NCBI GenBank assembly: GCA_964016885.1
Contig: OZ024744.1
Span: 4,960,001 to 5,024,000, forward strand
Source of the DNA: Eledone cirrhosa
Taxonomy: Eukaryota
Direction: 5' to 3'
DNA length: 64,000 nucleotides
The notes beneath the pieces were generated by a model that was not told the DNA's origin, did no database searches, and saw only the letters and a program-made list of their open reading frames with translations. Shown here piece by piece: positions 1 to 11,952 of this stretch (positions are counted from its first letter, which is position 1; the number at the start of each line of letters is the position of its first letter). The translations under genes and the position numbers were made by a program.

Positions 1-1884
1 GGAGCAGAGGTCTATGTTGGTAGACAGTGGTGTTGGTAGCAGAGGTCTATCTTGGTAGACAGTGGTGTTGGTAGCAGAGGTTTATCTTGGTAGACAGTGG
101 TGTTGGTAGCAGAGGTCTATGTTGGTAGACAGTGGTGTTGGTAGCAGAGGTATATCTTGGTAGGCAGTGGTGTTGGTAGCAGAGCTCTATCTTGGTAGAC
201 AGTGGTGTTGGTAGCAGAGGTCTATCTTGGTAGACAGTGGTGTTGGTAGCAGAGGTCTTTCTTGGTAGACAGTGGTGTTGGTAGCAGAGGTCTATGTTGG
301 TAGAAAGTGAGGTTGGTAGCAGAGGTCTATCTTGGTAGACAGTGAGGGTGGTAGCAGAGGTCTATCTTGGTAGACAGAGGTGTTGGTAGCAGAGGTCTAT
401 CTTGGTAGACAGTGAGGTTGGTATCAGAGGTCTATCTTGGTAGACAGTGAGGTTGGTAGCAGAGGTCTATGTTGGTAGACAGTGGTGTTGGTAGCATAGG
501 TCTATCTTGGTAGACAGTGGTGTTGGTAGCAGAGGTCTATGTTGGTAGACAGTGGTGTTGGTAGTAGAGGTCTATCTTGGTAGACAGTGGTGTTGGTAGC
601 AGATGTCTATCTTGGTAGACAGTGGTGTTGGTAGCAGAGGTCTATCTTGGTAGACAGTGGTGTTGGTAGCAAATATCTATCTTGGTAGACAGTGGTGTTG
701 GTAGCAGAGGTCTATGTTGGTAGACAGTGGTGTTGGTAGCAGATGTCTATCTTGGTAGACAGTGGTGTTGGTAGCAGAGGTCTATCTTGGTAGACAGTGG
801 TGTTGGTAGCAGAGGTCTATCTTGGTAGACAGTGGTGTTGGTAGCAGAGGTCTATCTTGGTAGACAGTGGTGTTGGTAGCAGAGGTCTATGTTGGTAGAC
901 AGTGAGGTTGGTAGCAGAGGTCTATGCTGGTAGACAGCGGTGTTGGTAGCAGAGGTCTATCTTGATAGACAGTGGTGTTGGTAGAAGAGGTCTATGTTGG
1001 TAGACAGTGAGGTTGGTAGCAGAGGTCTATCTTGGTAGACAGTGAGGTTGGCAGCAGAGGTCTATCTTGGTAGACAGTGGTGTTGGTAGCAGAGGTCTAT
1101 CTTGGTAGACAGTGGTGTTGGTAGCCGAGGTCTATCTTAGTAGACAATCAGGGTGGTAGCAGAGGTCTATGTTGGTAGACAGTGGTGTTGGTAGCAGAGG
1201 TCTATGTTGGTAGACAGTGGTGTTGGTAGCAGAGGCCTATCTTGGTAGACAGTGGTTTTGGTAGCAGAGGTCTATATTGGTAGACAGTGGTGTTGGTAGT
1301 AGAGGTCTATCTTGGTAGACAGTGGTGTTGGTAGCAGATGTCTATCTTGGTAGACAGTGGTGTTGGTAGCAGAGGTCTATCTTGGTAGACAGTGGTGTTG
1401 GTAGCAAAGGTCTATCTTGGTAGACAGTGGTGTTGGTAGCAGAGGTCTATCTTGGTAGACAGTGTTGTTGGTAGCAGAGGTCTATCTTGGTAGACAGTGG
1501 TGTTGGTAGCAGACATCTATCTTGGTAGACAGTGGTGTTGGTAGCAGATGTCTATCTTGGTAGACAGTGGTGTTGGTAGCAGAGGTCTATCTTGGTAGAC
1601 AGTGGTGTTGGTAGCAGAGGTCTATCTTGGTAGACAGTGGTGTTGGTAGCAGAGGTCTATCTTGGTAGACAGTGGTGTTGGTAGCAGAGGTCTATCTTGG
1701 TAGACAGTGGTGTTGGAAGCAGAGGTCTATCTTGGTAGACAGTGGTGTTGGTAGCAGCGGTCTATCTTGGTTGACAGTGGTATTGGTATCAGAGGTCTAT
1801 CTTCGTAGACAGTGGTGTTGGTAACACAGGTCTATCTTGGTAGACAGTGGTGTTGGTAGCAGAGGTATATCTTGGTAGACAGTG
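1..1884 (+). repeat. Higher-order block, paralogous to 56675-58558 (offset 56,674)
   Basis: Rare variants shared in order at a constant offset: gtagCCgagg (1125/57799), acaATCAGGGtgg (about 1147/57821), gagGCCtat, cagACAtct, ggTTgacagtggTAttgg, gtaACACagg. Confidence 0.9.
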
Positions 1885-4800
1885 GTGTTGGTAGCAGAAT
1901 CTATCTTGGTAGACAGTGGTGTTGGTCGCAGAGGTCTATCTTGGTAGACAGTGAGGTTGTTAGCAGAGGTCTATCTTGGTAGACAGTGGTGTTGGTAGCA
2001 GAGGTCTATCTTGGTAGACATTGAGGTTGGTAGCAGAGGTCTATGTTGGTAGACAGTGGTGTTGGTAGCAGAGGTCTATGTTGGTAGACAGTGGTGTTGG
2101 TAGCAGAGGTCTATCTTGGTAGACAGTGGTGTTGGTAGCAGAGGTCTATCTTGGTAGACAGTGGTGTTGGTAGCAGAGATCTATCTTGGTAGACAGTAGT
2201 GTTGGTAGCAGAGGTCTATGTTGGTAGACAGTGGTGTTTGTAGCAGAGGTGTATGTTGGTAGACAGTGGTGTTGGAAGCAGAGGTCTATCTTAGTAGACA
2301 GTGGTGTTGGTACAGAGGTCTATGTTGGTAGACAATGAGGTTGGTAGCAGAGGTCTATATTGGTAGACAGTGAGGTTGGTAGCAGAGGTCTATCTTGGTA
2401 GACAGTGAGGTTGGTAGCAGAGCTCTATCTTGGTAGACAGTGGTGTTGGTAGCAGAGGTCTATCTTGGTAGACAGTGGTGTTGGTAGCAGAGGTTTATCT
2501 TGGTAGACAGTGGTGTTGGTAGCAGAGGTCTATGTTGGTAGACAGTGGTGTTGGTAGCAGAGGTATATCTTGGTAGGCAGGGGTGTTGGTAGCAGAGCTC
2601 TATCTTGGTAGACAGTGGTGTTGGTAGCAGAGGTCTTTCTTGGTAGACAGTGGTGTTGCTAGCAGAGGTCTATGTTGGTAGAAAGTGAGGTTGGTAGCTG
2701 AGGTCTATGTTGGTAGACAGTGGTGTTGGTAGCAGAAGTCTATCTTGGTAGACAGTGAGGTTGGTAGCAGAGGTCTATCTTGGTAGACAGTGGTGTTGGT
2801 AGCAGAGGTCTATCTTGGTAGACAGTGGTGTTGGTAGCAGAGGTCTATCTTGGTAGACAGTGGTGTTGGTAGCAGAAGTCTATCTTGGTAGACAGTGGTG
2901 TTGGTAGCAGAGGTCTATCTTGGTAGACAGTGGTGTTGCTAGCAGAGGTCTATCTTGGTAGACAGTGGTGTTGGTAACAAAGGTCTATGTTGGTAGACAG
3001 TGAGATTGGTAGCAGAGGTCTATCTTGGAAGACAGTGAGGGTGGTTGCAGAGGTCTATCTTGGTAGACAGTGGTGTTGGTAGCAGAGGTCTATCTTGGTA
3101 GACAGTGAGGTTGGTATCAGAGGTCTATCTTGGTAGACGGTGAGGTTGGTAGCAGAGGTCTATGTTGGTAGACAGTGGTGTTGGTAGCATAGGTCTATCT
3201 TGGTAGACAGTGGTGTTGGTAGCAGAGGTCTATGTTGGTAGACAGTGGTGTTGGTAGTAGAGGTCTATCTTGGTAGACAGTGGTGTTGGTAGCAGAGGTC
3301 TATGTTGGTAGACAGTGGTGTTGGTAGCAGAGGTCTTTCTTGGTAGACAGTGGTGTTGCTAGCAGAGGTCTATGTTGGTAGAAAGTGAGGTTGGTAGCTG
3401 AGGTCTATGTTGGTAGACAGTGGTGTTGGTAGCAGATGTCTATCTTGGTAGACAGTGGTGTTGGTAGCAGAGGTCTATCTTGGTAGACAGTGGTGTTGGT
3501 AGCAGATATCTATCTTGGTAGACAGTGGTGTTGGTAGCAGAGGTCTATGTTGGTAGACAGTGGTGTTGGTAGCAGAGGTCTATCTTGGTAGTCAGTGGTG
3601 TTGGTAGCAGAGGTCTATCTTGGTAGACAGTGGTGTTGGTAGCAGAGGTCTATGTTGGTAGACAGTGAGGTTGGTAGCAGAGGTCTATCTTGGTAGACAG
3701 TGGTGTTGGTAGCAGAGGTCTATGTTGGTAGACAGTGGTGTTGGTAGCAGAGGTCTATCTTGGTAGATAGTGAGGTTGGTAGTAGAGGTCTATGTTGGTA
3801 GACATTGGTGTTGGTAGCAGAGTTCTATCTTGGTAGACAGTGGTGTTGGTAGCAGAGGTCTATGTTGGTAGACAGTGGTGTTGGTAATAGAGGTCTATCT
3901 TGGTAGACAGTGGTGTTGGTAGCAGATGTCTATCTTGGTAGACAGTGGTGTTGGTAGCAGAGGTCTATCTTGGTAGACAGTGGTGTTGGTAGCAGAGGTC
4001 GATCTTGGTAGACAGTGGTGTTGGTAGCAGAGGTCTATATTGGTAGACAGTGGTGTTGGTAGCAGATGTCTATCTTGGTAGACAGTGGTGTTGGTAGCAG
4101 AGATCTATCTTGGTAGACAGTGGTGTTGGTATCAGAGGTCGATCTTGGTAGACAGTGGTGTTGGTAGCAGAGGTCGATCTTGGTAGACAGTGGTGTTGGT
4201 AGCAGAGGTCTATCTTGGTAGACAGTGGTGTTGGTACCAGACGTCTATGTTGGTAGACAGTGGTGTTGGTAGCAGAGGTATATCTTGGTAGGCAGTGGTG
4301 TTGGTAGCAGAGCTCTATCTTGGTAGACAGAGGTGTTGGTAGCAGAGGTCTATCTTGGTAGACAGTGGTGTTGGTAGCAGAGGTCTTTCTTGGTAGACAG
4401 TGGTGTTGGTAGCAGAGGTCTATGTTGGTAGAAAGTGAGGTTGGTAGCAGAGGTCTATCTTGGTAGAAAGTGGTGTTGGTAGGAGAGGTCTATCTTGGTA
4501 GACAGTGGTGTTGGTAGCAGAGGTCTATCTTGGTAGACAGTGGTGTTGGTAGCAGAGGTCTATATTGGTAGACAGTGGTGTTGGTAGCAGATGTCTATCT
4601 TGGTAGACAGTGGTGTTGGTAGCAGAGGTCTATCTTGGTAGACAGTGGTGATGGTAGCAGAGGTCTATCTTGTTAGACAGTGTTGTTGGTAGCAGAGGTC
4701 TATCTTAGTAGACAGTGGTGTTGGTAGCAGAGGTCTATCCTGGTAGACAGTGGTGTTGGTAGCAGAGGTCTATCTTGGTAGACAGTAGTGTTGGTAGCAG

Positions 4801-6839
4801 AGGTCTATCTTGGTAGACAGTGGTGTTGGTAGCTGAGGTCTAACTTGGTAGACAGTGGTGTTGGTAGCAGAGGTCTATCTTAGTAGACAGTGGTTTGGTA
4901 GCAGAGGTCTATCTTGGTAGACAGTGGTGTCGGTAGCAGAGCTCTATCCTGGTAGACAGTGGTGTTGGTAGCAGAGGTCTATCTTGGTAGACAGTGAGGT
5001 TGGTAGCAGAGGTCTATGTTGGTAGACAGTGGTGTCGGTAGCAGAGCTCTATCTTGGTAGACAGTGGCGTTGGTAGCAGAGGTCTATGTTGGTAGACAGT
5101 GGTGTTGGTAGCAGAGGTATATCTTGGTAGGCAGTGGTGTTGGTAGCAGAGCTCTATCTTGGTAGACAGTGGTTTTGGTAGCAGAGGTCTATCTTGGTAG
5201 ACAGTGGTGTTGGTAGCAGAGGTCTTTCTTGGTAGACAGTGGTGTTGGTAGCAGAGGTCTATGTTGGTAGAAAGTGAGGTTGGTAGCAGAGGTCTATCTT
5301 GGTAGACAGTGAGGGTGGTAGCAGAGGTCTATCTTGGTAGACAGAGGTGTTGGTAGCAGAGGTCTATCTTGGTAGACAGTGAGGTTGGTATCAGAGGTCT
5401 ATCTTGGTAGACAGTGAGGTTGGTAGCAGAGGTCTATGTTGGTAGACAGTGGTGTTGGTAGCATAGGTCTATCTTGGTAGACAGTGGTGTTGGTAGCAGA
5501 GGTCTATGTTGGTAGACAGTGGTGTTGGTAGTAGAGGTCTATCTTGGTAGACAGTGGTGTTGGTAGCAGATGTCTATCTTGGTAGACAATGGTGTTGGTA
5601 GCAGAGGTCTATCTTGGTAGACAGTGATGTTGGTAGCAAATATCTATCTTGGTAGACAGTGGTGTTGGTAGCAGAGGTCTATGTTGGTAGACAGTGGTGT
5701 TGGTAGCAGAGGTCTATCTTGGTAGACAGTGAGGGTGGTTGCAGAGGTCTATCTTGGTAGACAGTGGTGTTGGAAGCAGAGGTCTATCTTGGTAGACAGT
5801 GAGGTTGGTATCAGAGGTCTATCTTGGTAGACAGTGAGGTTGGTAGCAGAGGTCTATGTTGGTAGACAATGGTGTTGGTAGCATAGGTCTATCTTGGTAG
5901 ACAGTGGTGTTGGTAGCAGAGGTCTATGTTGGTAGACAGTGGTGTTGGTAGTAGAGGTCTATCTTGGTAGACAGTGGTGTTGGTAGCAGATGTCTATCTT
6001 GGTAGACAGTGGTGTTGGTAGCAGAGGTCTATCTTGGTAGACAGTGGTGTTGGTAGCAGAGGTCTATCTTGGTAGACAGTGGTGTTGGTAGCAGAGGTCT
6101 ATGTTGGTAGACAGTGGTGTTGGTAGCAGAGGTCTATCTTGGTAGTCAGTGGTGTTGGTAGCAGAGGTCTATCTTGGTAGACAGTGGTGTTGGTAGCAGA
6201 GGTCTATCTTGGTAGACAGTGGTGTTGGTAGCAGAGGTCTATGTTGGTAGAAAGTGAGGTTGGTAGCAGAGGTCTATGTTGGTAGACAGTGGTGTTGGTA
6301 GCAGAGGTCTATCTTGGTAGACAGTGGTGTTGGTAGAAGAGGTCTATGTTGGTAGACAGTGAGGTTGGTAGCAGAGGTCTATATTGGCAGACAGTGAGGT
6401 TGGTAGCAGAGGTCTATCTTGGTAGACAGTGGTGTTGGTAGCAGAGGTCTATCTTGGTAGACAGTGAGGTTGGTAACAGATGTCTATCTTGGTAGACAGT
6501 GGTGTTGGTAGCAGAGATCTATCTTGGTAGACAGTGAGGTTGGTAGCAGAGGTCTATCTTGGTAGACAGTGGTGTTGGTAGCAGAGGTCTATCTTGGTAG
6601 ACAGTGGTGTTGGTAGCAGAGGTCTATGTTGGTAGACAGTGGTGTTGATAGCAGAGGTTAATCTTGGTAGACAGTGGTGTTGGTAGCAGAGGTCTATCTT
6701 GGTAGACAGTGGTGTTGGTAGCAGAGGTCTATCTTGGTAGACAGTGGTGTTGGTAGCAGAGGTCTATGATGGTAGACAGTGGTGTTTGTAGCAGAGGACT
6801 ATGTTGGTAGACAGTGGTGTTGGTAGCAGAGGTCTATCT

Positions 6840-9800
6840 TGGTAGACATTGAGGTTGGTAGCAGAGGTCTATCTTGGTAGACAGTGGTGTTGGTAGCAGA
6901 GATCTATGTTGGTAGACAGTGGTGTTGGTAGCAGAGGTCTATCTTAGTAGACAGTGGTGTTGGTAGCAGAGGTCTATCTTGGTAGACAGCGAAGTTGGTA
7001 GCAGAGGTCTATCTTAGTAGACAGTGAGGTTGGTAGCAGAGGTCTATCTTGGTAGACAGTGGTGTTGGTAGCAGAGGTCTATCTTGGTAGACAGTGAGGT
7101 TGGTAACAGAGGTCTATCATGGTAGACAGTGGTGTTGTAGCAGAGGTCTATCTCGGTAGACAGTGAGGTTGGTAGCAGAGGTCTATGCTGGTAGACAGTG
7201 GTGTTGGTAGCAGAGGTCTATCTTGGTAGACAGTGGTGTTGGTAGCAGAGGTCTATCTTGGTAGACAGTGGTGTCGGTAGCAGAGGTCTATGTTGGTAGA
7301 CAGTGAGGTTGTTAGCAGAGGTCTATCTTGGTAGACAGTGGTGTTGGTAGCAGAGGTCTATGTTGGTAGACAGTGGTGTTGGTAGCAGAGGTCTATCTTG
7401 GTAGATAGTGAGGTTGGTAGTAGAGGTCTATGTTGGTAGACAGTGGTGTTGGTAGCAGAGATCTATCTTGGTAGACAGTGAGGTTGGTAGCAGAGGTCTA
7501 TCTTGGTACACAGTGGTGTTGGTAGCAGAGGTCTATCTTGGTAGACAGCGGTGTTGGTAGCAGAGGTCTATGTTGGTAGACAGTGGTGTTGATAGCAGAG
7601 GTTAATCTTGGTAGACAGTGGTGTTGGTAGCAGAGGTCTATCTTGGTAGACAGTGGTGTTGGTAGCAGAGGTCTATCTTGGTAGACAGTGGTGTTGGTAG
7701 CAGAGATCTATGTTGGTAGACAGTGGTTTTGGTAGCAGAGGTCTATCTTAGTAGACAGTGGTGTTGGTAGCAGAGGTCTATCTTGGTAGACAGTGAAGTT
7801 GGTAGCAGAGGTCTATCTTGGTAGACAGTGAGGTTGGTAGCAGAGGTCTATCTTGGTAGACAGTGGTGTTGGTAGCAGAGGTCTATCTTGGTAGACAGTG
7901 AGGTTGGTAACAGAGGTCTATCTTGGTAGACAGTGGTGTTGTAGCAGAGGTCTATCTCGGTAGACAGTGAAGTTGGTAGCAGAGGTCTATGCTGGTAGAC
8001 AGTGGTGTTGGTAGCAGAGGTCTATCTTGGTAGACAGTGGTGTTGGTAGCAGAGGTCTATCTTGGTAGACAGTGCTGTTGGTAGCAGAGGTCTATGTTGG
8101 TAGACAGTGAGGTTGGTAGCAGAGGTCTATCTTGGTAGACAGTGATGTTGGTAGCAGAGGTCTATCTTGGTAGACAGTGAGGTTGGTATGAGAGGTCTAT
8201 CTTGGTAGACAGTGGTGTTGGTAGCAGAGGTCTATGTTGGTAGACAGTGGTGTTGGTAGCAGAGGTCTATCTTGGTAGATAGTGAGGTTGGTAGTAGAGG
8301 TCTATGTTGGTAGACATTGGTGTTGGTAGCAGAGTTCTATCTTGGTAGACAGTGGTGTTGGTAGCAGAGGTCTATGTTGGTAGACAGTGGTGTTGGTAAT
8401 AGAGGTCTATCTTGGTAGACAGTGGTGTTGGTAGCAGATGTCTATCTTGGTAGACAGTGGTGTTGGTAGCAGAGGTCTATCTTGGTAGACAGTGGTGTTG
8501 GTAGCAGAGGTCGATCTTGGTAGACAGTGGTGTTGGTAGCAGAGGTCTATCTTGGTAGACAGTGGTGTTGGTAGCAGATGTCTATCTTGGTAGACAGTGG
8601 TGTTGGTAGCAGAGATCTATCTTGGTAGACAGTGGTGTTGGTAGCAGAGGTCGATCTTGGTAGACAGTGGTGTTGGTAGCAGAGGTCGATCTTGGTAGAC
8701 AGTGGTGTTGGTAGCAGAGGTCTATCTTGGTAGACAGTGGTGTTGGTAGCAGAGGTCTATGTTGGTAGACAGTGGTGTTGGTGGCAGAGGTATATCTTGG
8801 TAGGCAGTGGTGTTGGTAGCAGAGCTCTATCTTGGTAGACAATGGTGTTGGTAGCAGAGGTCTACCTTGGTAGACAGTGGTGTTGGTAGCAGAGGTCTTT
8901 CTTGGTAGACAGTGGTGTTGGTAGCAGAGGTCTATGTTGGTAGAAAGTGAGGTTGGTAGCAGAGGTCTATCTTGGTAGAAAGTGGTGTTGGTAGGAGAGG
9001 TCTATCTTGGTAGACAGTGGTGTTGGTAGCAGAGGTCTATCTTGGTAGACAGTGGTGTTGGTAGCAGAGGTCTATATTGGTAGACAGTGGTGTTTGTAGC
9101 AGATGTCTATCTTGGTAGACAGTGGTGTTGGTAGCAGAGGTCTATCCTGGTAGACAGTGGTGTTGGTAGCAGAGGTCTATCTTGGTAGACAGTAGTGTTG
9201 GTAGCAGAGGTCTATCTTGGTAGACAGTGGTGTTGGTAGCTGAGGTCTAACTTGGTAGACAGTGGTGTTGGTAGCAGAGGTCTATCTTAGTAGACAGTGG
9301 TTTGGTAGCAGAGGTCTACCTTGGTAGACAGTGGTGTCGGTAGCAGAGCTCTATCCTGGTAGACAGTGGTGTTGGTAGCAGAGGTCTATCTTGGTAGACA
9401 GTGAGGTTGGTAGCAGAGGTCTATGTTGGTAGACAGTGGTGTCGGTAGCAGAGCTCTATCTTGGTAGACAGTGGTGTTGGTAGCAGAAGTCTATCTTGGT
9501 AGACAGTGAGGTTGGGAGCAGAGGTCTATGTTGGTAGACAGTGGTGTTGGTAGCAGAGGTCTATCTTGGTAGACAGTGGTGTTGGTAGCAGAGGTTTATC
9601 TTGGTAGACATTGAGGTTGGTAGCAGAGGTCTATCTTGGTAGACAGTGGTGTTGGTAGCAGAGATCTATGTTGGTAGACAGTGGTGTTGGTAGCAGAGGT
9701 CTATCTTAGTAGACAGTGGTGTTGGTAGCAGAGGTCTATCTTGGTAGACAGCGAAGTTGGTAGCAGAGGTCTATCTTGGTAGACAGTGAGGTTGGTAGCA

Positions 9801-11952
9801 GAGGTCTATCTTGGTAGACAGTGGTGTTGGTAGCAGAGGTCTATCTTGGTAGACAGTGAGGTTGGTAACAGAGGTCTATCATGGTAGACAGTGGTGTTGT
9901 AGCAGAGGTCTATCTCGGTAGACAATGAGGTTGGTAGCAGAGGTCTATGCTGGTAGACAGTGGTGTTGGTAGCAGAGGTCTATCTTGGTAGACAGTGGTG
10001 TTGGTAGCAGAGGTCTATCTTGGTAGACAGTGGTGTCGGTAGCAGAGGTCTATGTTGGTAGACAGTGAGGTTGTTAGCAGAGGTCTATCTTGGTAGACAG
10101 TGGTGTTGGTAGCAGAGGTCTATGTTGGTAGACAGTGGTGTTGGTAGCAGAGGTCTATCTTGGTAGATAGTGAGGTTGGTAGTAGAGGTCTATGTTGGTA
10201 GACAGTGGTGTTGGTAGCAGAGATCTATCTTGGTAGACAGTGAGGTTGGTAGCAGAGGTCTATCTTGGTACACAGTGGTGTTGGTAGCAGAGGTCTATCT
10301 TGGTAGACAGCGGTGTTGGTAGCAGAGGTCTATGTTGGTAGACAGTGGTGTTGATAGCAGAGGTTAATCTTGGTAGACAGTGGTGTTGGTAGCAGAGGTC
10401 TATCTTGGTAGACAGTGGTGTTGGTAGCAGAGGTCTATCTTGGTAGACAGTGGTGTTGGTAGCAGAGATCTATGTTGGTAGACAGTGGTTTTGGTAGCAG
10501 AGGTCTATCTTAGTAGACAGTGGTGTTGGTAGCAGAGGTCTATCTTGGTAGACAGTGAAGTTGGTAGCAGAGGTCTATCTTGGTAGACAGTGAGGTTGGT
10601 AGCAGAGGTCTATCTTGGTAGACAGTGGTGTTGGTAGCAGAGGTCTATCTTGGTAGACAGTGAGGTTGGTAACAGAGGTCTATCTTGGTAGACAGTGGTG
10701 TTGTAGCAGAGGTCTATCTCGGTAGACAGTGAAGTTGGTAGCAGAGGTCTATGCTGGTAGACAGTGGTGTTGGTAGCAGAGGTCTATCTTGGTAGACAGT
10801 GGTGTTGGTAGCAGAGGTCTATCTTGGTAGACAGTGCTGTTGGTAGCAGAGGTCTATGTTGGTAGACAGTGAGGTTGGTAGCAGAGGTCTATCTTGGTAG
10901 ACAGTGATATTGGTAGCAGAGGTCTATCTTGGTAGACAGTGAGGTTGGTATGAGAGGTCTATCTTGGTAGACAGTGGTGTTGGTAGCAGAGGTCTATGTT
11001 GGTAGACAGTGGTGTTGGTAGCAGAGGTCTATCTTGGTAGATATTGAGGTTGGTAGTAGAGGTCTATGTTGGTAGACATTGGTGTTGGTAGCAGAGTTCT
11101 ATCTTGGTAGACAGTGGTGTTGGTAGCAGAGGTCTATGTTGGTAGACAGTGGTGTTGGTAATAGAGGTCTATCTTGGTAGACAGTGGTGTTGGTAGCAGA
11201 TGTCTATCTTGGTAGACAGTGGTGTTGGTAGCAGAGGTCTATCTTGGTAGACAGTGGTGTTGGTAGCAGAGGTCGATCTTGGTAGACAGTGGTGTTGGTA
11301 GCAGAGGTCTATCTTGGTAGACAGTGGTGTTGGTAGCAGATGTCTATCTTGGTAGACAGTGGTGTTGGTAGCAGAGATCTATCTTGGTAGACAGTGGTGT
11401 TGGTAGCAGAGGTCGATCTTGGTAGACAGTGGTGTTGGTAGCAGAGGTCGATCTTGGTAGACAGTGGTGTTGGTAGCAGAGGTCTATCTTGGTAGACAGT
11501 GGTGTTGGTAGCAGAGGTCTATGTTGGTAGACAGTGGTGTTGGTGGCAGAGGTATATCTTGGTAGACAGTGGTGTTGGTAGCAGAGCTCTATCTTGGTAG
11601 ACAATGGTGTTGGTAGCAGAGGTCTATCTTGGTAGACAGTGGTGTTGGTAGCAGAGGTCTTTCTTGGTAGACAGTGGTGTTGGTAGCAGAGGTCTATGTT
11701 GGTAGAAAGTGAGGTTGGTAGCAGAGGTCTATCTTGGTAGAAAGTGGTGTTGGTAGGAGAGGTCTATCTTGGTAGACAGTGGTGTTGGTAGCAGAGGTCT
11801 ATCTTGGTAGACAGTGGTGTTGGTAGCAGAGGTCTATATTGGTAGACAGTGGTGTTTGTAGCAGATGTCTATCTTGGTAGACAGTGGTGTTGGTAGCAGA
11901 GGTCTATCCTGGTAGACAGTGGTGTTGGTAGCAGAGGTCTATCTTGGTAGAC
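6840..11952 (+). repeat. Tandem duplication with a 2,762-bp period (79 monomers minus three 1-bp deletions)
   Basis: Identical spurious ORFs at 8582 and 11344. Shared variants acagCGAAg (6990/9752), tatCATgg, ggtaCAca, gtGgcagagg and gacAATgg recur at an offset of 2,762. Confidence 0.9.

Noticed and set aside
8582-8842. 86-aa minus-strand ORF (also at 11344-11604, 52980-53240 and 55742-56002)
   Set aside because: This is a translation of the 35-bp repeat (35-aa period over 3 monomers). The minus strand has one TAG per monomer, so each frame normally stops every 105 bp. Here the variants gtcGat and gtAtat happen to remove two in-frame stops, and the start is a TTG created by a gacAAt variant. 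The four copies simply reflect block duplications.
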